Of a DNA stretch of 32,000 bases, positions 1 to 8,461 are shown one piece after another. The DNA comes from Candidatus Saccharimonadota bacterium (lineage in GTDB: Archaea; Micrarchaeota; Micrarchaeia; Micrarchaeales; Micrarchaeaceae), in the NCBI GenBank assembly GCA_963698035.1, contig OY969114.1:210001-242000 (forward strand), in the 5' to 3' direction. How positions within the stretch are numbered: the stretch's first letter is position 1; each line of letters begins with the position of its first letter. The notes below the pieces were generated by a model that was not told the origin of the DNA, did no database searches, and saw nothing but the letters and a program-made list of their open reading frames with translations. Position numbers and translations under genes: made by a program.

Positions 1-4
1 GTGA

Positions 5-1921
5 TCATCTTGCTGTGGTAGCTGGGGGGCAGATGTAATAGTATGGGCCATTGTAGATAACGCACTCTGCAAGGGACACCTTGTTTATGCTGTTGCTTGG
101 TATTTTGACGGATATGTTGATGGCGCCAGACTGGCCTGTCAGCAGTATCCTGTTTGGATTTACCTTGTATTGGAGACTCTCATTTGTCAGGTTGTAATAC
201 GGCTTTATGAGTATCTCGTCTCCATGCATCCCGTATGCGACCGGCACGGCCTGGTAGCTGTACATTACGGACTCCTGCAGGGTGAGCGAGCCGAGCGTAT
301 TGGAGGAATAGCTCAAGCTTGCGTTGTATAGGGTGTAATTGGACGTGGGCGGCGGCAGCGACTGGTTCGCAACCGAGATGCCGATCTTCTCGAATGCGTT
401 GTGCGACGATACGATAAACAACGCGGTTGACAGCGCCAAAATGGCGATGCATGATAGGGCGACCCTGGTCGCCAGAGCGCTGGGCAGCCTCCTGGCGTCT
501 GCCCTCTTTGCTCCGTTCTTTATGTAGAGAGTTACTATCATCGCGGCGAGGAAGAAGGTGTAATAGGGAAGTATGGCATGGTAGAGGAACATCAGGGGCA
601 GCAGCGATAGCAGGAAGATCAGCCTCTTGTCTTCAAGCCAGAGGAATAGTATTATCGATAAGATGGTCGCAGATATGAAGAGTATGCTCTCCAAGCTGAG
701 CAGTGTGTTGTATATCATCAATATCGAGAAGCCTATCGGAGCGGATGAGTTGGGAAGTATGTAGCTGCTTGCCGGAGCAATGACCTGGCTGAAGAACGCC
801 GAGGGGTTTGCAGCGATGAAGTAGCCGTTTATCAGCAGGAAGACCAACAATGTGCCGGCAAGGTTGATGGAGCCCCTCTTTGCGCCATGCGCCCTGAAGC
901 TGTATGCCAGCATCAGTATCACAACAATCCAGAGCTGTTCCTGGAGCGACGCGGCTATGCCAAGCAGTATCCAGAGGTACTTGTTGTCTATAAAGTAGAA
1001 CGCCAGCAGCACGACAGCCAGCATTATAAAGTCGATTAGGGAGGCGTAGACCGCTAAGAACGCGAGAAGGAATACGAGCATGATGACGGGCGGCCTGCGC
1101 AGCGCATCCGGCTCCACGATGAATGCGATTACGAAGACGAGGAGCAGGGTAAGTATGACGTTCAGCACATTGATTCCCGAATAGGTGAAGCCGAGACCGA
1201 TGCTGGAGAGTGCGGCGAACGGGGCAAAGACCAGGAACGAGAGCGCGGGATAGTCGACCCCGCTCTCAAAGAGGTTATCTGTCGTGTAGGTCAGCCCCGC
1301 CGAGAAGTTCTTCGTGAGAGAGTAATTGTAGAGCTGGCTGGCGAAAGAGTGCAAATAGGGGTTCTGCCCGGATACCAGGGCATGCGCTGCTGCTATCGAG
1401 ACGAACTCCTCATCGTCAAGGGAGGTGCTGATGATGCCGCACAGGTATATCACTATTATGAACGCTATAGCGCCAGCAACAAGGGCATAAGAAAGCGCCT
1501 TGGCGGTCCTCTTCTGCTTTGCAGGTAGCTTTATCGTGCCGAGGTATCTTGCAAAGAAGATAAGAAGTATGACAGGAAGGAAGGCCGGCAATATTACGGC
1601 TATCAATTCCGGCCCGTACACGACAGAGTAGAAATTGGCCCCGATTACAAGCGCCACATAGGTTATCTGCACGGCGAGGATTGCCGCCATGGAAACGAGG
1701 AGCGGCTTGAAGCACGCCTTGAGGAAGCCGAATGCCTTCCTTTTGCCGGAGAATAGCAGATAGCATATCGCGTATGCGATGAAGAGCAGCGAGAGAAGGA
1801 GCTCGAGTGCGAGCATGAGCCTCGATATTGCACCGTAGGTTGCGAGCCCAGCTATCTCTGCTATGAATATGAAGGCGGCAATCGCGAAAAGGGCCCTGTT
1901 TCTGTCGAATTCAAGCTTCAA
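5..1921 (-). CDS. Polytopic membrane protein, GT-C-fold glycosyltransferase-like (DUF2029/GT87-like), with a sequon-rich C-terminal ectodomain
   Basis: 638-aa ORF with many hydrophobic helices. A loop reads GQNPYL...YPALSFLVFAPFA, reminiscent of polyprenyl-phosphate-dependent GT-C mannosyltransferases. The C-terminal ~130 aa are non-hydrophobic with several N-x-S/T sequons. The only start-type codon after the upstream in-frame stop is TTG at 1921. Confidence 0.55.
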   Translation of the reverse strand: MKLEFDRNRALFAIAAFIFIAEIAGLATYGAISRLMLALELLLSLLFIAYAICYLLFSGKRKAFGFLKACFKPLLVSMAAILAVQITYVALVIGANFYSVVYGPELIAVILPAFLPVILLIFFARYLGTIKLPAKQKRTAKALSYALVAGAIAFIIVIYLCGIISTSLDDEEFVSIAAAHALVSGQNPYLHSFASQLYNYSLTKNFSAGLTYTTDNLFESGVDYPALSFLVFAPFAALSSIGLGFTYSGINVLNVILTLLLVFVIAFIVEPDALRRPPVIMLVFLLAFLAVYASLIDFIMLAVVLLAFYFIDNKYLWILLGIAASLQEQLWIVVILMLAYSFRAHGAKRGSINLAGTLLVFLLINGYFIAANPSAFFSQVIAPASSYILPNSSAPIGFSILMIYNTLLSLESILFISATILSIILFLWLEDKRLIFLLSLLPLMFLYHAILPYYTFFLAAMIVTLYIKNGAKRADARRLPSALATRVALSCIAILALSTALFIVSSHNAFEKIGISVANQSLPPPTSNYTLYNASLSYSSNTLGSLTLQESVMYSYQAVPVAYGMHGDEILIKPYYNLTNESLQYKVNPNRILLTGQSGAINISVKIPSNSINKVSLAECVIYNGPYYYICPPATTAR

Positions 1922-1958
1922 TGACCCACCTACGATATCTTTTTAGTCTTTGAGATGG

Positions 1959-1972
1959 CTTTTATATATACA
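1959..1972. promoter_or_regulatory. TATA-like box in an 83-bp divergent intergenic region
   Basis: cttttatatatac lies ~35-45 nt from ATG 2005 (+) and ~40-50 nt from TTG 1921 (-). It is near-palindromic, so it could serve both genes. Confidence 0.4.
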
Positions 1973-2004
1973 TTGCTTTATTCTACTCTGCCTATGCTGG
2001 TTGA

Positions 2005-3711
2005 ATGTACGTACTTGGACTGTGGGATGGTCATGACGCCGGAGCGGCGCTCCTGCACGATAACGATATCGTGTATGCCGCAAACGAGGAGAGGTTCACA
2101 AAGAGGAAGCTCGAGGTGAACTTCCCGCACAACTCGATAAGCGCGGCGCTGAAATACGCCGGGGTAAAGCCGGCTGACGTCGAGCATGTCGCATTCAGCA
2201 CGGTCGAATTCACGAAGACCCTGGAGAGGATATTCCCCTCGATGCGGGAGAATTACTACCAGTTCAGGAGAAGAAAGATACTGCGACCCAGGTTCGAGAA
2301 CTTCAGGCACAATCTCAAGTATTTCATGACCCCAATTGGTATACTGCCACTGTGCAACTCGATAAGCAGCTCTGTCATAAAGAGGCAGCTCGGTCACATG
2401 GGCTTCAGGAACTACAAATTGCACGTTGTTGAGCACCACATAGCCCACGCCGCAACAGCCGCGTTCACCTCGCCGTTCCAGAGGTCGCTCGTCATAACTA
2501 CCGACGGGCTCGGGGACGGAGTCTCGGCAACAGCAAGCACATTTGAGAACGGAAAGCTCACCAGGCACATACGCATCGGCGCAAAGGACTCGCTGGGCAT
2601 ATTCTACGAGCAGGCGACCAACATAATAGGCATGAGGGAGATGGAGGACGAGGGTAAGCTGATGGCGATGGCCGATTACTCTTACCCGTTCGACTTCGAC
2701 CAAAACATACTAAAGGAGTTCTTCTCTGCCTCGGGTACGATAATGAAGGCGAGGTACGGGCCGTTAAGGCAGTTCGATATGCTGCAGCGCATCGCCTGGA
2801 AGACCCCGCGCGAGCAGTTCTCCTATTATGTACAGCAGCTCTCCGAGAACATACTTACCAAGTTTGTCAGCAACTGCATGGACCGCTTCAACATCTATGA
2901 CGTTGTCTTCGCCGGGGGCGTCTTCTCGAACGTCAAGGCGAACATGATGATAAGGAGGCTGGACGCCCTCAAGCACTGGTACGTCTTCCCGCACATGGGC
3001 GACGGCGGGATAGCCATGGGCTCGGCGCTCTACGCGAACAACATGATTACCGGGGCGTCAAGATACAGGTTTACCCCGTATCTCGGTGACTCGTTCGACG
3101 AGTCAGAGACCGGGAGGGTGCTGGGAAAGGAGAGGGCGCTGGTGCTGCAGCGAGAGAGCCAGACGGAGCAGGCGTCGCATGCGGCTGAGCTTATCTCCGC
3201 GGGCAACTATGTCTTCTGGTTCCAGAACAGGATGGAGTTCGGGCCGCGCGCGCTCGGCAACAGGAGCATACTCGCCCCGAGCGGCTCCGATGAGATAAGG
3301 GAGAGGCTCAACCTCTACGTCAAGAAGAGGGAGTGGTTCCAGCCCTTTGCGCCCTCGATGCTGGACGAGGAAGCACCGAAGATACTTGAATATGATGGTA
3401 AGGGAATGGACAAGCTTATGACCATGGCATATATGGTGAAACCGGAGATGAGGAGCCTGACAAAATCGACGATGCATATAGACGGATCCGCCAGGCCGCA
3501 GATGGTCGGTGACGAGAACCCCCTATACAGGGACCTCCTCAGGGAGGTAAAGAAAAGGACAGGCCACGGCATAATGCTGAACACCAGCTTCAACAGGCAC
3601 GGCATGCCAATAGTTATGGACCCTAACGACGCCTTGGAGACGATAAAGGCGACCAGGACTAAATACATGTTCATAAACGGCATCTTTGTGACCAACAAAG
3701 CAGGGATTTGA
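2005..3711 (+). CDS. Carbamoyltransferase (NodU/CmcH/TobZ family)
   Basis: 568 aa. The N-terminus MYVLGLWDGHDAGAALLHDNDIVYAANEERFTKRK matches the family's ILG..HD.aAaL..dG.i..A..EER..R.K signature. Length is typical of two-domain carbamoyltransferases. Confidence 0.85.
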   Translation: MYVLGLWDGHDAGAALLHDNDIVYAANEERFTKRKLEVNFPHNSISAALKYAGVKPADVEHVAFSTVEFTKTLERIFPSMRENYYQFRRRKILRPRFENFRHNLKYFMTPIGILPLCNSISSSVIKRQLGHMGFRNYKLHVVEHHIAHAATAAFTSPFQRSLVITTDGLGDGVSATASTFENGKLTRHIRIGAKDSLGIFYEQATNIIGMREMEDEGKLMAMADYSYPFDFDQNILKEFFSASGTIMKARYGPLRQFDMLQRIAWKTPREQFSYYVQQLSENILTKFVSNCMDRFNIYDVVFAGGVFSNVKANMMIRRLDALKHWYVFPHMGDGGIAMGSALYANNMITGASRYRFTPYLGDSFDESETGRVLGKERALVLQRESQTEQASHAAELISAGNYVFWFQNRMEFGPRALGNRSILAPSGSDEIRERLNLYVKKREWFQPFAPSMLDEEAPKILEYDGKGMDKLMTMAYMVKPEMRSLTKSTMHIDGSARPQMVGDENPLYRDLLREVKKRTGHGIMLNTSFNRHGMPIVMDPNDALETIKATRTKYMFINGIFVTNKAGI

Positions 3712-5438
3712 TGGGATTCACAGGGCTCTCCGAATACATTTTCACGATAGGGATTATTGTCGCGTTCGTGGGGACGATCGTGGCGGTCTTCCTGGGCAGG
3801 AGGCAGTTCGGAGAGGTCCTGAAAGGGAGCGGGATAAGGAAGAGGCACCTCATACTTGCGGTAGTGATCGCTGCGGTCTTCCTGTCGGCGGAGCTGGCGA
3901 TTGTCAAGCCGACGCAGCTCCTCTTCTTTGACGATGCGATATACCAGGGTGGTGCGCTCGACCTACTCCACATGGGGCAGGCGTGGATGTGCGATTATGG
4001 GACCCCACTGGTGTGCTATACTGGAGAAATATTCCACGAACCGGTAGGGACCTCGTTCATGCTGGCGATGGGATACGCGCTCTTCGGCGTGCATCTCTCT
4101 GTTGTATACGATACGATGCTGGTAGTCACGCTGATTGGGGTGCTGATGGCGTTCCTTGTTGGAAGTGTTCTCTTTGAGAATCCTGTTGCTGGTCTCTTCG
4201 CAGGGCTGATAGTGGGCCTGTCACCAGTAGTACTGATATGGGCAGTCCCGACCACGTCAGACATACCGATGTTCGCCGTCTCTCTGGTCGCTATCTTCAT
4301 GATGCTCGTATTCGTGAAGAGGAAGAGCGTATACACACTGCTGGCCGTGCTGCTCTCGCTTGCGCTTGTAACGTACACAAAGGTAGATGCACTCCTCTAT
4401 GTTCCGGTCATATTGCTGATGTTCCTTGTGCTCGACAAGAATGGAATAAGAAAGAACTTCAAGCTCTTCAAGAGGAACTTCATGGAGCCAGCGTTCCTCG
4501 CGGTGATACTCATTTTCGCAGTCACGATAATGCCGGAAGGCATCTATTCCTATTCGCAGCTGACAACTGGCGATTATGGAGCGCAGGGCACCAACATCCC
4601 TTACAGCTGCAGTGCAAGTGTAGGCTATATCATCACTAACACAACTATAGGCCTGCAGAACATTGGGGCGAATATCTGCGCTAACGCGCTCTTCTGGTTG
4701 GATACCTATGAGGGGCAATTTGCACCGCAACCGCTAATCTACACCGGGCTTGCAATAGTTGGAGTAGGAGCGCTGCTCTTCAGAAAGAGAAAGGAGCTTG
4801 CAGCGCTTGCTATCTGGTTCGGCTCTTTCTTCATGCTCTACGCCGCTTTCTACGCGGGATCCGTCCTCTATGGGGTAGATTGGAGGTTCATGCTCGCCCT
4901 GATAGCGCCAGTCAGCATACTTGGCGGGTATGCTGCATCACTCTCATTCATAGGAAAGCGATTGCAGAGCAGGAAGAGGAGTAGAAAGATAATAAAATGG
5001 GCGGCGTACGCCTTCATAGTCGCGATAATATTCTATCCGTTGTACGCGCTTTCACCAATTCTGGACGTGCAGCCATCGTCGATACAGCAGGCTGGCGACG
5101 CTCGGTTCTACGAAGGATTCGTCTTCAACAATAGCAAGTTAATACCATCGCAGTGCCTTGTCTTCAGCTACGATCCAACCCTATTCATGATAAACAACCG
5201 CACCTCCGCCCAACTGTCGGATCTATATCCGCAGGCCTACCAGAGCTACAAGGAGCAATACAACTGCCTAGTCGTAGACTGGGGTTACTGGTGCTACACC
5301 CCGAACGACATCTGCACATATGTGCAGAACACCTTCACGCTAAACAGCATAATCAATGCGACCTACGTGCCATTCAATAGGACCTACGCATTCTACTATG
5401 TAACAGGGCTGGCGAACCAGACCAACTCAACGGGATAA
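3711..5438 (+). CDS. GT-C-fold membrane glycosyltransferase (PMT/ArnT-like) with a C-terminal ectodomain
   Basis: About 575 aa and multi-pass. The first loop carries an acidic FFDDAIY motif, as in the DE/DD motifs of GT39/GT83 enzymes. The C-terminal soluble region carries sequons (NNRT, NATY, NRTY, NQTNST). ATG 3711 overlaps the TGA stop of the carbamoyltransferase (TGATG); an in-frame TTG lies at 3708. Confidence 0.6.
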   Translation: MGFTGLSEYIFTIGIIVAFVGTIVAVFLGRRQFGEVLKGSGIRKRHLILAVVIAAVFLSAELAIVKPTQLLFFDDAIYQGGALDLLHMGQAWMCDYGTPLVCYTGEIFHEPVGTSFMLAMGYALFGVHLSVVYDTMLVVTLIGVLMAFLVGSVLFENPVAGLFAGLIVGLSPVVLIWAVPTTSDIPMFAVSLVAIFMMLVFVKRKSVYTLLAVLLSLALVTYTKVDALLYVPVILLMFLVLDKNGIRKNFKLFKRNFMEPAFLAVILIFAVTIMPEGIYSYSQLTTGDYGAQGTNIPYSCSASVGYIITNTTIGLQNIGANICANALFWLDTYEGQFAPQPLIYTGLAIVGVGALLFRKRKELAALAIWFGSFFMLYAAFYAGSVLYGVDWRFMLALIAPVSILGGYAASLSFIGKRLQSRKRSRKIIKWAAYAFIVAIIFYPLYALSPILDVQPSSIQQAGDARFYEGFVFNNSKLIPSQCLVFSYDPTLFMINNRTSAQLSDLYPQAYQSYKEQYNCLVVDWGYWCYTPNDICTYVQNTFTLNSIINATYVPFNRTYAFYYVTGLANQTNSTG

Positions 5439-6149
5439 GTCCACGTTCCTGAATATCACTCTGAGGATTGCCCTGCCGTCCCTCAAGGAGGTCAGCTTCC
5501 CGGATCCCCAGACCCTCTTCTTCTCGAAACTCGGCACTTCTATAACCTTGAGGCCTACCCTTGCTGCGCGCACGTGCATTTCGGTCTCAATCCCATAGCC
5601 GGTCTCCGAGAGGCGCAGTCTCCTTATCGCATCCTTTGTGAATGCCTTGTAGCCGTATGCAAGATCGGTGAAGTGAGAGCTATAAAGTAGGTTGACTAAA
5701 AGCACGAATACCTTGTTCCCGAACCGCCTTACCAGAGTTATATCCTCGCTTCCGCCCCCAGTAATGTACCTAGAGCCTGAGCACATGTCGTAACCCGTCT
5801 CTATTCCTGCTATGAGCAGCTTCAGCTCCTCGGGCCTGTGCGAGAGGTCTGCGTCCATCGCGATAAGTATTTTGCCCCGCGCCTCTTTGAACCCTCTGAT
5901 GAGCGCGGCACCCTTGCCTGCGCCCGTAGATATCACCTTCACTCCCATTCTCTTTGCGATACTTGCAGTGCCATCGGCCGAATTGCTGTCAACGACTATT
6001 ATCTCATAGCTGTAGCCCTTCATTACATCCTTTATGCCGGATATCACCCGCTTTATGTTGCCCGCCTCATCTAGCGTCGGTATTACTATGCTGATATAAA
6101 CCCTCCCGGCCAAGATATCACCCCTCCTTGCCATCTTTGGCTGCGACAT
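5427..6149 (-). CDS. Family 2 glycosyltransferase, dolichyl-phosphate sugar synthase-like (Dpm1/AglD-type catalytic domain)
   Basis: 240 aa. It contains ISIVIPTLDEAGNI, EIIVVDSNSADGT and AMDADLSH (DxD), the classic GT2 signatures. There is an alternative ATG at 6134. The 5' end overlaps the upstream gene's 3' end. Confidence 0.8.
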   Translation of the reverse strand: MSQPKMARRGDILAGRVYISIVIPTLDEAGNIKRVISGIKDVMKGYSYEIIVVDSNSADGTASIAKRMGVKVISTGAGKGAALIRGFKEARGKILIAMDADLSHRPEELKLLIAGIETGYDMCSGSRYITGGGSEDITLVRRFGNKVFVLLVNLLYSSHFTDLAYGYKAFTKDAIRRLRLSETGYGIETEMHVRAARVGLKVIEVPSFEKKRVWGSGKLTSLRDGRAILRVIFRNVDLSR

Positions 6150-6945
6150 GCGCTCTCCTCCTCTTTCTTATTATCGCGAAGACTATCATGAATATGATGA
6201 GGAGTATTACCACGAGCGCTATAATGTATGGAAGATATTGAAGGAGCGGGCTCACTGAGGGGGTGCTCGTGTAGAAGCTGAGCACAGACTGTCTGATTGT
6301 TGTGTAGTGCAGTCCGTTTGCATCGTACGAGGCTGACGCGGCTATCCCGTAGGATACCTGCGAGAGCGGGGGATGCGTGAAGGAGAACCCAACTTTCTGC
6401 ATGGCGCCAGGCTGCAGAGCGACGCTCTGGTTTGACGGATATGCGTTGAATTCGGGCGGCAGGAGCATCGCGACGCGGACATTGAGCGTGCTGGATCCCA
6501 GGTTGACCAACGATACGTTTATCGTATTGCCGCTCTGGTTGATTCCGGAGACGTCAACAACGCTCGAAGTGTGATTTACAAAATTTAGGATGCATGGGAA
6601 GAGAACAAAGAATGAACTCGTATCCTGCGAGTAGGCTACAGTAAAACTGCCAGCATAGCTGCCTGGCGTTGAAAAGTTGTTGAAGTAGAACTTCATGGTC
6701 CGATTCTGGCCCGGCGAGATGGACTGGAGCGACTCGGAGCCGTTAAGTGCGGTGCCCCCGGCGAATTTTGGCAGAACGAGCAGGCTTGTTGCGGTCTCGT
6801 TGCCGGAGTTGAGCAGTGAGAAAGTTGTGTAGTTGGAGGCATTGCTGATTACTCCGTTTGAGCACGTCCCTGTAAGGCTCACAGTGCCGGCGCTCGCCAT
6901 TCCAAAGAAGAGCAGCAACGCTGCAAGCGCAAAAATGGTCTTCAT
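6118..6945 (-). CDS. Secreted, C-terminally membrane-anchored glycoprotein with two tandem CARDB-like beta-sandwich repeats
   Basis: Signal peptide MKTIFALAALLLFFGMASAG and C-terminal TM helix plus basic tail (IRKRRRAH). An internal duplication is visible: FSLLNSGNETA...ISPGQNRTMKFYF versus VSLVNLGSSTL...LQPGAMQKVGFSF. Many N-x-S/T sequons. Confidence 0.6.
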   Translation of the reverse strand: MKTIFALAALLLFFGMASAGTVSLTGTCSNGVISNASNYTTFSLLNSGNETATSLLVLPKFAGGTALNGSESLQSISPGQNRTMKFYFNNFSTPGSYAGSFTVAYSQDTSSFFVLFPCILNFVNHTSSVVDVSGINQSGNTINVSLVNLGSSTLNVRVAMLLPPEFNAYPSNQSVALQPGAMQKVGFSFTHPPLSQVSYGIAASASYDANGLHYTTIRQSVLSFYTSTPSVSPLLQYLPYIIALVVILLIIFMIVFAIIRKRRRAHVAAKDGKEG

Positions 6946-7009
6946 TTATTCCCCCTATCAAATTGGGGTGCAACCTTTTTAATACTGACGGAGATTGGAA
7001 AATTTTGTA

Positions 7010-7096
7010 TGCAGGGGGAGAGATTCGAACTCTCGCACCCTCTAAAGGGAACGGGTCCTAAGCCCGTCGCATTTGGCCAGGCTCTGCCACCCCTGC
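7010..7096 (-). tRNA. tRNA-Leu (anticodon UAG), class II with long variable arm, no encoded CCA, no intron
   Basis: The reverse complement folds by hand. Acceptor GCAGGGG/CCCCTGC plus discriminator A; 3-bp D stem; anticodon stem ACGGG/CCCGT with loop CTTAGGA. Variable arm CCCT-TTAG-AGGG; T arm GAGAG-TTCGAAT-CTCTC. Confidence 0.9.
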
Positions 7097-7104
7097 GCAA
7101 ACAC

Positions 7105-7137
7105 ATATTTTATATTACTTCTCGAGGTATTTATATA
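7105..7137. promoter_or_regulatory. Two TATA-like boxes between tRNA-Leu and serS (divergent promoters)
   Basis: ttttatat (7108-7115) lies 30-37 nt upstream of serS ATG 7145. tttatata (7130-7137) lies 34-41 nt upstream of the mature tRNA 5' end on the other strand. Confidence 0.35.
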
Positions 7138-7144
7138 GGATAGC

Positions 7145-8443
7145 ATGATTACGACGAAGTATGTGAGGGAGCACATAGACGAGATACGCGACTCCATAAA
7201 GAGGCGCGGCAGCAGCTACCCTATAGATAAGCTGCTCCAGCTTGACGAAAAATGGAGGGCACTTAAGACCGGGCTGCAGCAACTGCAGGCTGAGCGCAAC
7301 ACGGAGAGCCTCAAGATATCAGAGCTGAAGAAGAAGGGCAAGGATGCTGAAAAGAAGATATCGCAGCTTGCAGAGATAAAGCAGAAGATAGAGCTTGGAG
7401 AGAAGGAACTGGTCGAAAAGGAGCAGGCAATAGACAGCATGCTCTGGGACCTGCCCAATGTGCTTGACAAATCTGTGCCGACAGGCAACCCGCCAGAAGG
7501 CAACGTTATGATTAGGAAGTGGGGCGTGCCCAAGGATAACAATGCTGGCAGCCATGAAGAGATACTTACAAAGATGGGGCTGCTTGACATTGAGAGGGCA
7601 GCAAAGGTAGCTGGTTCGAGGTTCTTCTTTCTCAGGGGTGATCTTGTCCTGCTCGAGCAGTCGCTCCTTAGGTACACTCTTGATTTCCTGGTGGCGAAAG
7701 GATATACGGCGATACTCCCACCGTTCATGCTGAGAAAGAAATACTACAGGGGGGCTGCGCCCCTTGCCACTTTTGAGGATGCGCTTTACGCGGTCGGGGA
7801 GTCGGGCGAGGCGCGGGGACTCAAGAATGCGGAGCATATCGACGACGAGCTCTACATGATAGCGACGTCTGAGCACGCGATGGCTGCGATGCACGCCGAA
7901 GAACTCTTTTCAGGGAAGGAGCTGCCGCTGAAATATGCGGGGATAAGTTCCTGCTTCAGGAGGGAGGCGGGCGCGCATGGCAAGGACACTAAGGGAATAT
8001 ACAGGGTGCACCAGTTCGACAAGGTCGAGCAGTTCATATACTGCAGGGAGGAGGATGAGAAGAAGTACTTCGACGAACTGCTCTCCAACAGCGAACAGCT
8101 CTTCCAGACGCTCGGCATCCCCTACAGACTGCTCGCCCTTTGCAGCGGTGACACCGGTTACCAGATGTCCAAGACCGTCGACATTGAGGGCTACTTCCCC
8201 GGCAGGAAGGACTACAGGGAGCTCGGATCCTGCTCGAGCGCAGGCATGTGGCAGAGCATGCGGCTTGACATAAAGTACGATCATCAAGGAGAGCGTAGAT
8301 ATGTCTACACGCTGAACAACACAGGGCTGTCAGCGATGCGGTTCCTCGTCTGCCTTGTCGAGAATTACGCGAACGGCGACGGCACAATAACCGTGCCAAA
8401 GGCACTCCGCACTTACATGGGGAAGGATGTAATAGGCAGGTAG
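7145..8443 (+). CDS. serS: Seryl-tRNA synthetase (class II, type 1)
   Basis: 432 aa with an N-terminal coiled-coil arm. Motif 2 reads FRREAGAHGKDTKGIYRVHQFDKVE, and the motif 3 region is present. Confidence 0.95.
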   Translation: MITTKYVREHIDEIRDSIKRRGSSYPIDKLLQLDEKWRALKTGLQQLQAERNTESLKISELKKKGKDAEKKISQLAEIKQKIELGEKELVEKEQAIDSMLWDLPNVLDKSVPTGNPPEGNVMIRKWGVPKDNNAGSHEEILTKMGLLDIERAAKVAGSRFFFLRGDLVLLEQSLLRYTLDFLVAKGYTAILPPFMLRKKYYRGAAPLATFEDALYAVGESGEARGLKNAEHIDDELYMIATSEHAMAAMHAEELFSGKELPLKYAGISSCFRREAGAHGKDTKGIYRVHQFDKVEQFIYCREEDEKKYFDELLSNSEQLFQTLGIPYRLLALCSGDTGYQMSKTVDIEGYFPGRKDYRELGSCSSAGMWQSMRLDIKYDHQGERRYVYTLNNTGLSAMRFLVCLVENYANGDGTITVPKALRTYMGKDVIGR

Positions 8444-8461
8444 CCTTGCTTTTGTGATTTC

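Noticed and set aside
1978-2703. 241-aa ORF antisense to the carbamoyltransferase gene
   Set aside because: It lies entirely within a strongly supported gene on the opposite strand. The sequence is Arg/Val/Glu-rich with no motifs, and long antisense ORFs are expected from the codon bias here.
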